NCBI GenBank assembly: GCA_964434145.1 | Contig: CAYSUG010000002.1 | Coordinates: 1,063 to 65,062 of the forward strand | Length of the DNA stretch: 64,000 nucleotides | Reading direction: 5' to 3' | Source: an uncultured Christensenella sp. | GTDB lineage: Bacteria > Bacillota > Clostridia > Christensenellales > UBA1242 | Shown: piece by piece, positions 18,098 through 28,300 of the stretch | How positions within the stretch are numbered: position 1 is the first letter of the stretch | How the letters are laid out: every line of letters begins with the position of its first letter | Notes under the pieces: model-generated | The model's database searches: none | The model's input: the letters and a program-made list of their open reading frames with translations, nothing else | Told to the model about the DNA's origin: nothing | Program-made: the position numbers and the translations under genes

Positions 18098-19151
18098 CCC
18101 CAGCCTCTCTGTCTCTTGCATATCTTACATTGGATTCTATTCGCTGCTTCATGTTATTATCATTATCCCAGCCCATACAGTCTAATATCTTGTCCACTGT
18201 GCGTAGATTTCCCTCTCTTTGGCACTCTTTTGCAGTAGTTATTTCGTCTATTAGCTCCATTGCAAAATCATCATTTCTGGCAAACATTAGAAGGTGATAC
18301 ATATCATCAACCGGATTGCCATTCTTTTCTTCTAGCCTCTTGTACTTCCGTGCATCCATTTGACATATTTGATGCATTAGTGATGGTTGCCCATCGCTTT
18401 GCGTTGTGAAATATTCTCTTAATATCTTAGCACCTCTTAGATACATCAGATCTTCCTCAGTCATCGCTTGGATATCTTTTTCTCTAATTCTTTCTCTGTT
18501 TCTGGATTGCTCTAGATAATCAGCCAGACGCTGTGCATTTCTATTCATTACAATGTATACCCGACTATTTTTCGATATATTTTCACTATTATTCTCCCAA
18601 TAGTCTACTATCTTGGTTAACATATCTATAGAGAACTGCCTAGCCGCCCTCTCTTGGCTAGTATCCAAGTTTTTAAGAAATAAATACCTAGACACACTTG
18701 GCTCTATCTTGCCCCAACGATATTTATCTATATCTAGCCCCTTGTACAACCCTTGCTTGGTCATAGCCTTTCGCATTACTTCCATTATGCCAGCCCGACA
18801 CTTTTCACTGAACCTAGCAGCATCAGATATATATTTGCTGTCGCCAATAAGATTGAAATCCACTTGATGACAGCATTCATGAGCTATCTTAGATATATCA
18901 TTACCGAAATTCTTTGGATCCAAGAACAGCTTCTCGTCCAATGTTATCCTATCTATTCCAGTACTATAGAATGATTTGTCCCCTTTTAGCACTATCTTTG
19001 TCTCTGTATCACACCCGCCTATATAATATTGTGACAAAGCAGCAACTTTTGCTATCATCATCTCCCTCACTGGCTCTACATTGGTAGGAAACATATATTT
19101 CAATATATCCTCTATTATACTGTTCTCATTACCGCTCATCAGATTTGCCAT
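18090..19151 (-). CDS. HExxH motif protein, paralogue A (putative zinc metallopeptidase-like)
   Basis: Contains IAHECCHQVDF (HExxH) and a downstream DTSQERAARQFS. The probable start is the ATG at 19151 (SD GGAGG 6 nt upstream). No signal peptide or TM. Confidence 0.55.
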   Translation of the reverse strand: MANLMSGNENSIIEDILKYMFPTNVEPVREMMIAKVAALSQYYIGGCDTETKIVLKGDKSFYSTGIDRITLDEKLFLDPKNFGNDISKIAHECCHQVDFNLIGDSKYISDAARFSEKCRAGIMEVMRKAMTKQGLYKGLDIDKYRWGKIEPSVSRYLFLKNLDTSQERAARQFSIDMLTKIVDYWENNSENISKNSRVYIVMNRNAQRLADYLEQSRNRERIREKDIQAMTEEDLMYLRGAKILREYFTTQSDGQPSLMHQICQMDARKYKRLEEKNGNPVDDMYHLLMFARNDDFAMELIDEITTAKECQREGNLRTVDKILDCMGWDNDNNMKQRIESNVRYARDREAGDE

Positions 19152-19180
19152 AGTTCGCCTCCTCACATATTCCTTAGTAT

Positions 19181-19209
19181 ATTATATCACATCTGATAAC
19201 AAATTTCAA
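19181..19209 (-). promoter_or_regulatory. Near-consensus sigma-A promoter of the HExxH gene pair
   Basis: Minus strand reads TTGAAA - 17 nt - TATAAT, about 30 nt upstream of the ATG at 19151. Confidence 0.6.
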
Positions 19210-19218
19210 TAGATATAT

Positions 19219-19318
19219 TGTCCGAGGCGTATTGCCCTATATCGGGCGTCACCCAGCCTATCGGCTGGCTCCCTCGCTACGCCGCCTTCGGGGACTTCCG
19301 CTCCTCACGCCTAGGACA
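19219..19318. other. 100-nt GC-rich structured intergenic element with terminal inverted repeats (sRNA or MITE-like; unassigned)
   Basis: 65 G+C in 100 nt by direct count, in AT-rich flanks. The termini TGTCCGAGGCGT and ACGCCTAGGACA are 11/12 complementary. Internal hairpins are GCCC-TATATC-GGGC (19234-19247) and CCAGCC-TATC-GGCTGG (19253-19268). Confidence 0.5.
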
Positions 19319-19356
19319 CAAAAAAAGGTATCTTGCAAACTTGCAAAATACCTTTT
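19319..19356 (-). terminator. Rho-independent terminator of the giant gene
   Basis: Minus-strand hairpin AAAGGTAT…ATACCTTT followed by a run of 7 T, 28 nt after the TAG stop at 19384-19386. Confidence 0.7.
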
Positions 19357-19383
19357 GGTTTAGAGAAAATTTAGTTCTAATTA

Positions 19384-22300
19384 CTACCATTTGAATACAG
19401 GATCTTTCAGTTTATAAACAGAACTATTAGACCACGTACCACATTTACACTTAATAGTATATTCTGGTTTACTACTATAATGTCCAGATTCTTTGTTTTC
19501 ACCTGCGGTAATATAATCATAATAATTGCAATAACAACTATCGCTATGATGTGCACTACTGCAATTTAATTCCTTCTTATAGCAACTAGTCCCATGTTTA
19601 TGACCTTCTTCCGAATTATTGCAATTTAATACATCTTTATAACAACTATCATTATGGGCATGACCAGTGCTTCCACATACTAAGGTAGTTGAATGCTTAG
19701 TAGCACCACTATCACCATCTGTTGTTCTTTCGTAATAATGGTATGAGCCCAAAACAGTAATTGTATATGTGTGCGAATTTCCGTCTAATGTTAAATCTAT
19801 CGCCGCACCGACATCTACCACGACACCCGTATCATTTCCCTCGTATCCTTTCACCTTTACCTTGTTAGAATATGTTGTTGAGTTACTATTATTAACAGTA
19901 AATGTTATTCCACTTACCGCTCCAAAATTAACTGCATCATTATTAGCATTATTTTCTATATTATCTAGAGTTGGGGTACTAGCAGTACTAGATATTATAT
20001 CTCTTACACTACTAAAGGTTATGCTGAATACACTTGCTGCACCACTAGTATCTGTGTTATTCTCTACAACCAATTTCACTCTAATCCTTGGATTATAGAT
20101 GATATCAGTATGATTGTCATCCTTTCCAGTTATAGTATGTGTTGTACTGCTGCTATTATCTGTAATAGTCGTTCCACTCATAGCATTACTACTGATGTAT
20201 CCTACTATACCGGCAGCAAAGCCGCTAGACGATGTAACATTACCACTATTGGATGCTGTAATGGATACACTACCACCACCATTCATTGTAGACAGTCCTA
20301 CTATTCCACCAGCTTTTTCCGTGGCAGATATTGCACCGCTATTGGTCGTGGCAGATATTGCACCGCTATTGGTCGTGGCTGTAGTTGTGTTTGTATTAGT
20401 ATCAGTATAAGAACAAATCTTATTAGCACCAAACGCACCAGCTATACCACCAGCATTCTTTGCTGAGATGGTACCTGTAGTAGTATTGGTACAACCTTCT
20501 ATACCCATAGTATCCCAAGCATATACAATCTCTCCATCTTCATAAACTGAATTATTGAGCATAGAACCAACTATGCCACCAGCGTATGTGCTTCCAGTAA
20601 TTGCACCACTATTGGTACATAGTCGTATTCCGCCAACAGTCACGTAACCAACGATTCCACCAGCGAACTCTGCTTGTTTTTCATTATCAGTTATTGAACT
20701 ACCAGACACTTCCTTTGTTACATTGATATCTGCAGTATTTGTACAATTACTTATATATCTGCCATTCAATTGCCCAACTATTCCACCGGTATATGACGGT
20801 TTTGTTTCTTCCGAATCTGCTATTGAGTTTCCATTAGCATCTACTCTATGCAAGAAAATTGTCTTACTAACTATTTTACCAGATATGTTATCACACTTCT
20901 CTATAATAGCACATCTTGCTACACCTACTATACCACCAGCACCAGATGCTGCTTGTGCCAATGTCCCATCAAGAGAAGTAACATTATAACCATTAGTATG
21001 ACCAACACCATTTATTATACTATTGTTCTCAAAGTTAGTAATGTATGCAATTATATAGTCTTTTTTCTCATCCTGATACCATGGGTCATTACCAGTACTA
21101 GTACCTACGTCTATTCTACCTACAACACCGCCAACACTTGCACCTTGCATAGTTACATTGCCAGCTAATTGCTGCCTGCCAGTCGTCGGATTACCTCTTG
21201 CATCAACATTAGTACCAATAATTTTCAGTAATACACCATCTTCACCAATTGTGTCTAAGCTAGTATTACTATAAGAATCATCGTTTTCGTTTATCAATCC
21301 ATCTCCACTAGTATCGTCTTTTTCTATTCTGACAACACCGACCAATCCGCCAGCAGCACCAGCATAAGTTGAAGAAGATATTGTCAAGGCAGATGTATTA
21401 ACATTGCGGTTGTTTTGTAAGATTGAAGTTCCATAGCTATTACCCTTCATAAACATAGCACCAACTATTCCGCCAGAATAGGTTCCAACAATACTAGTAG
21501 CAGAGTTGGTACATCCATTAATATCACCTATTATGAATCGTCCTACTATTCCACCTGCAATACCGCTAGTAGATTGGCCTATTATATTAGCAGTATTATC
21601 ACAACCAATAATACCTACTGTATCCCATGCGTACAATCGTCCACTCGCATTATCATTGGCTAGTTTGTTACTAGCACCGCCTGCTATACCACCTATATAA
21701 CGTTGACTATCCTTAGTAAGTTTAATTTCACCATTGTTAGTACATTCCTTTAGTCCACAAGGTATACCTAATAATGATTGACCAATTATTCCACCAATTG
21801 CACACGCTGTAGACGATTCTATGTTTGCATGATTAGTACAGTCGCTAACCAACCTACCATTCATAATACCAGCTATTCCACCAATATTAGAACCTAATGT
21901 CCCATTCATATTATAAGCACTTCCGCCAGTAATACTACTAGAGTGATTATCACAATTAGTAATATAGCCGAAGTTCATATTACCAGCTATGCCGCCAGCA
22001 CAGCTAGCACCATAAATAGTATAATAGTTATCAAAGTTAGTAATATATGCGAATACATAGTTTTGTTGTAGCGTTGTATTTGGCTCGGTAGCATCTACCT
22101 TACCAACAACTCCACCTGCATATGTTGCAGAGATTGTATAAAATTCTGTTGCTGACTTCTTACCTATTACTTGCTTTGTAGTAGAATCTGTTGTATCTTT
22201 GTCTACTCCAATGAATTGGATTATACCATCTGTATTTTCTATATCAGAATTAGCAATTACAGTATTCGTATAATCTTTATCTATCACGCCTTCGCCTAGG

Positions 22301-25300
22301 ATTCCTCCTGCAGCATTCTTTGCTGTGATATTAGCATTATTGACATTGCCAGAGAATACGGCAGTAGCACCACTACGCATAGCAATAGTACCCACTATTC
22401 CTCCGGCATTAGTTACGCTATTGACATTACCCAACGCAACACTATTAGTAGAATCGGTTATACTGACACTAGCATTTGCAGTTGTATCAATACATCCTAC
22501 AAAGCCACCTAGGTTAGTTACATATATATAACCACTCGTATTGCTAGGTATAGCAATCTCTACATTAGCATTACTTGCATTACTAATAGTCACACTACCA
22601 GCCTTGCCTACATAACCACCTACATTAGTCGGAAGAGTGTTACTATTAATATCTTCAATATTAATTTTAACGTTATTTTCACCATTCTTGTTTAGTTTGT
22701 TTGTGTTGTCAATAATTAGACCTACGGCATAACCTACAAATCCACCCACATTAGTCTCTGCCGAGGCTGCTGTAGCCAGCATTGCTACCGCAGCACTTGC
22801 GCTACTAGCAGCATTTGCTATAGGTGTGCCATTGATAATGGTTCCAGATATTATTACACTAGTCAGTGTATAACCATCTGCCATATTTCCAGCCATACCA
22901 CCTACATTGCCATTGCCATTGACTGTTCCATTAGTAATGTTAATGTTATTGATAGTATTGTCATCTGATGTATTTACTTGTACATCTTCACCTATTACAC
23001 CAAACGCAATACCAGCATTGTTTGTGCCAGTGATTGTAATAGAATCTCCACTAGCAGTCCTTGTCGATGTGATTGTTAATGATCTGCTACCAGATGTACC
23101 AAAATTCATGCTTCCTCTCATGCTACCAGCCACAGCTCCAGCATTAGCACCAGAGATAGTCATTGTGTTATTGATCTCTCTGATTGCAGTAGCAGTTACT
23201 GTTCCGGTCACCTCACCGAACAAGCCACCTGCGTTGGTTGAATCGGATATATCTATTTTACCTAGTGTAGGAGTATCATTGATATTCAATGTTCCTACTA
23301 CACTACCTACTACTCCGCCAGCAGATTCAGCGTTAGTTATTGTTATGGTCTCTACATCTGTCGTAGCAGAATCGTCCCCGATGTCAATCGTTTCGCTTAG
23401 ATTCAATGTTCCATTTACTAGACCAGCTACACCACCAGCAGCATTACCGCCAGAGATTGTAGAATTAATTATTGCAATATTGGCCATATTCAATGCCTGA
23501 TTAGCGGCAACAATACCAATTAGTCCACCAGCATTACCATCGGACTCATTAGCTATCTCAGCATCAGATACATTGATATTATCCAATGTTACATTTATTC
23601 CCGTTCCAACTAGGCTACCAGCCAAGCCACCAACATTGCCATTGCCCTTGACTACACCATTAGTAATAGTAATCTTATTGATAGTATTAGCAGTTGTTGA
23701 ATTTACTTTAGCACTACCACTAATTGTTCCAAACGCCATACCAGCATTATTTGTACCAGTAATCACCATATCCGTTCCAGTGATTGTTAACGATTCGCTA
23801 CCAGATGTACCAAAATTCATAGTTTCGCTCACGCTACCAGCCACCGCTCCAGCATTAGTACCAGAGATAATCATTGTGTTATCGATCTCTCTGATTGCAG
23901 TAGCAGTTACTGTTCCGGCCACACTACCAAACAAACCTCCTGCGTTGGTTGAACCAGATATTGTTATTGTTCCTAGTGTAGTATCGTCATCGATGTTCAA
24001 TGTTCCTACTACACTACCTACTACTCCGCCGGATGATGTTTCCTTGTTAGAACCATTTATCTCGATGTCTTTTATAGTTGCGTTATTTATGGTAACACTT
24101 GTCCCAGTAGTAACACTTCCTAATATTCCGCCTAAGTTCGCAATATCTGTAGCAGATATATTAGTACTATCTACAGATATATCAACCAATGTCGTATCGC
24201 CACTATTGCTACCAGCCAAGCCACCGACATTGCCATTACCATTTACTACACCATTAGTAATAACAATGTTATTGACAGTCTTGGCTGTTGTAGAATTTAC
24301 TTGTACACCTTCACCTATTACACCAAACGCCATACCTGCATTATTTGTGCCAGTAATCTCCATATTCGTTCCAGTGATTGTTAATAATTCGCTACCAGAT
24401 GTACCAAAATTCATACTTCCGCTCACATTACCAGCAACAACGCCTGCATTAGTACCAGAGATAGTCATTGGGTTAGATATTGCATTTATTCCGCTAGCGT
24501 CAACTTCTCCGCTAACTTCTCCAAACAAGCCACCTGCGTTGGTTGAATTAGATATTGTTATTGTTCCTAGTGTAGGATCGTCATCGATGTTCAATGTTCC
24601 TACTACACTACCTACAATACCGCCAGATGTCGCAGCAGTAGTTATTGCTATGGTCTCTACATCTGTTGTAGCAGAATTATCTTGACTGATATTTAGCGTT
24701 CCACTCAATGTCGTTGTACCAGTAACATAGCCCAACAATCCACCAACATGATTGTTATTAAAATTACCATTAATAGATGTATTAGACACTGTAATATTAC
24801 TGATTGCTACATCTTGTGTTGTGCCGCTCGTAGCATCTGTATGACTACTAGTATGCCCTACAACGCCACCAACGTACGACTCGCTACCACTATTATTCGT
24901 AATGTTTACACCGCTTGCCACTACCGTAGCACTAGTTGTAGCACCAGACATACTACCAAACAATCCACCAGCATATACCTCGCCAGAAGTGGTTGTTACA
25001 TTTATATTATTTACGCCAGTTGCAGTTCCTACTACACTAACAATATCATCAATCTCGCTACCAGCCTCGACCTTACCAGCGATACCACCAATATATGTAG
25101 TAGTATTATCACCAGTTGCAGCCATCGAGAATTTAGGTTCGCTTAATTTCTGGATAGTATTAGCTGCAGCCAATAACTCTTCGTTATCTTTGGTTATCAC
25201 ACTGACGACACCACCCATTACTATTGTTTTTATACCACTAGCAGTTATTGTATCAACACTTACTGTGTTAGACTGCAAGTTTGTTGTATTACCAGTTGTA

Positions 25301-28300
25301 GTAGTAGCAACTCCGAACAATCCACCAATATTTGCTGTATTCACATTTGCAATTGTGAATTCATTTAGAGAGATTTTAACTTTCTGAATAGCAGCACCAC
25401 TGCCTACTACACCAGCAATTGCACCAACATACATTTCACCATGTTTATTAGTATTGCCTCTAATTGTGATTTTGATATCCGTTGCATTTATTGCCGTAGT
25501 AGTACCTATAGCTCCAGCTGCTGCATTTCCTGCAATCACGCCATATCTATATTGATTGCCGTCAACATACTCAGTTGCAGTATCAGTTACTACTACACCA
25601 TTCAATGTCATGTTATTGATAGAAGATGATGCATTGCTCATATATCCTATCACACCAGCGACATTCTGTCCACCGTCGACTGTTATAGTATTCAATTTTC
25701 CGCCACTAATAGACACATCACCGCTGTCTCTACCTACAACACCACCAGTATTACCTGACGCTTTGTTGTATAGGTTGATCCTTGTAATATCACAGCCAGA
25801 CATAGTTAATTTGCCTAGACTGTATGCCACAATACCACCCATATTACTTGCATTAGCAGTCAGTGAGATAGATGCAGCAACCTGTGTACCACCAGCTGGG
25901 GTTGCTGTAGCACCACTAATAACATCCACATTATCGAATTTGGTCTCGCCATTGTTATTTACCACACCCACCAGCAAGGATGCAGTATCGACTGTCAATG
26001 TGCTTGTACCTATAGCACCAATATTACCCATGTATTTTACTGTAAAGTTCTCTAGACTATTACCACCATTTAACACACCAAATAATCCATAATTAGATCC
26101 GTCCAATGTTACGATATTGGTTGTGCTAGGTATTGTAATATTATAGTTATTTCCTACCACATTTCCTTTGAATGGGAAGTTGGTAGAGCCAAATGGATTC
26201 AAGCTAGGTACACTTATCTCAAAATCATTTGCAATATACAAGTTGAAGTTATCTGAATTAGAATAATTAGCAGATACATCCTCAATTAATTGATGAGTAT
26301 TGGTATATGTCCCGCCAGTTCTCATACTCTGTAGCTTCTGAGCAGTCAGATATTCTAATTCACTAGTAATCTTGTATGCACCAGACTGGTATGACAATTT
26401 ATCCTCTGGGATTGCAAATAGGATGATATTATCACCACTCCATACTGAGGAATCAGATACATTACCTACATATGCTCCATTGTTCTTAGCATTTGTAGAC
26501 ACTATGCTTGCACCTTCACTAGGTGTATAAGCATTTGCACCACTATCGCTCTCGGCCTCTAGGATATAACCACCTGATATGATTCCTACGATGCCGTTGC
26601 CGTTAGTTATTGTGCCAGTATTCCTAACACCTTGTACTAAGATACTATCTGCAGCATAGCCTACAATACCACCTACATTACTTGCTGTAGTTACATCTAT
26701 TGCAACTCCATTGATAACCAATTTAGTATAGTTATATTTGTATTCACCAGGAATAGTTGTATCTAGATTATATGCACCAACTACACCGCCAACATTGCTG
26801 CCATTTCCTATCTCGATTGCTTTAGCATTCTTCAGCCAGATGTTATATGTTGTATACCATGCCTTATTAGCATCGTCGACTTCTATAACAGCATCTACCA
26901 GACCATATATTCTTACATTGTTAGCATTACCGACCATGCCACCCACACTGTTACCATTGGTCAATATTATTGAACCATTGGTCAATGTCAAGATATAGTC
27001 GTATGCTTGAGTGCTCTGATTATCTGATGCCCTTCTTAGACTAGACTCACCCTTATCATATGTCGTAGTTTCTCCAGACACAACATCTGTTAATGTTGAA
27101 TTATTAATAACAATATTTGATGAGATAACATTTGGAATATAATCTTCAAACACATCATTCAAAGCCTTATCGTACTGGGATGTAATCACTACATTATTAG
27201 CATCACCTACTAGTCCCGCTACATTGGATACATTGCTAGAAGTGCTAGCAATTTTAGTATTCTCAGACACTCTTGATAGGTAGATATTGCCGCTAGATGC
27301 CTTAGCACTACCAATCAATCCACCTACATTAGTAATAGCGTTATTAGCCGAAACACGTGTTCCACCATTATCGTACTCTTTGACTACATCAGCTTTGATT
27401 TGTACAACTATGTCGTTATTGGTTGTTGGATCTGAATCTACATATCCTACACTCATATTGTATAGCAATACATCCTTGGTTGACTCTATGCGACCTATTA
27501 GACCACCTATATTGGATGCAGTGTAGTTATCTGCAGTGCCACCCGTAATCTCATAGTTATATGTTATTTCTGTCTGTGCCGTTATGTTCTTCAATATTGG
27601 TTTATTAGAAGTAGCCAGATACAATCCACCTATTGCACCACCTATATTGCTGCCCGCGTCGGCATCAATTGTACCGTCTGCAGACAAGTTGTATAGATTG
27701 ACATTATTTGTAGAAATATCCATCAATGCTACAGATGATAAAGTTACACCATTGTACTCTGCATAACCAGCTATTCCGCCTATATATCCACCATTTATAT
27801 ATTTATTAATATCAGTAGATACAACCGGATAACTGATATTAATATTGCTAGATATATTGGTCATAGACGTATTGTATGCATAGCCGATCAATCCACCTAC
27901 ATACTTGCTGCCGTCTATGGTCTCTATTACCGTACCTTCGCCAATATTCAAGTTGCTAATATTAGCATTATCTGCCAGACCAATTAGACCAGAGTACATA
28001 TTCAGAATATTCTTCTTCTCCGCCCATTCTCTGTATACAAATTCTTCTCTCTCTGCATTAACAGACAGATAGTACGACATGAAGGATACAACCTTGATAT
28101 TACTGAAACTAGAGATGTCATCTGCTATTCCATTGTCATTAAAGTCAGCAGCCTTAATCGTGCCCTTGAATGGACGATATGTTTGTCCTTTTACTACCCC
28201 AGTCTCATAGTTGGTTGTTATTCCAGTATGATTTACTGTATTGTTATTAACATCTTTCTTGGTTAATACATCATAATCCGCATGACCTATAGCTACCCAT

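Noticed and set aside
19219-19318. The GC-rich element as a tRNA, tmRNA fragment or known riboswitch.
   Set aside because: It has no GTTCRANNC T-loop and no acceptor/anticodon geometry. It lies upstream of the downstream gene's -35 box, so it is not a 5' leader. I could not match any riboswitch or ribozyme consensus from memory. It is kept as an unassigned element in the findings.
22895-24700. A regularly spaced repeat block that might be mistaken for a CRISPR array or other non-coding tandem repeat.
   Set aside because: The period is about 600-700 bp, the units are in frame within the giant ORF, and the repeated and variable parts alike encode GLUG turns. No short repeat/spacer structure or cas genes occur anywhere in the window.
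22907-26092. Long plus-strand ORFs inside the giant gene, rich in Pro/Thr/Leu/Val (22907..23500, 23573..24685 at 370 aa, 24902..25387, 25556..26092, and many others from 19.7 to 47.4 kb).
   Set aside because: They are antisense shadows of the Gly/Asn/Thr/Ala-rich repeat codons; for example NAGGLFG reads PNKPPAL on the other strand. They have no SD and no independent signals, and they are fully contained in a 27.9-kb ORF with a far stronger coding signature.
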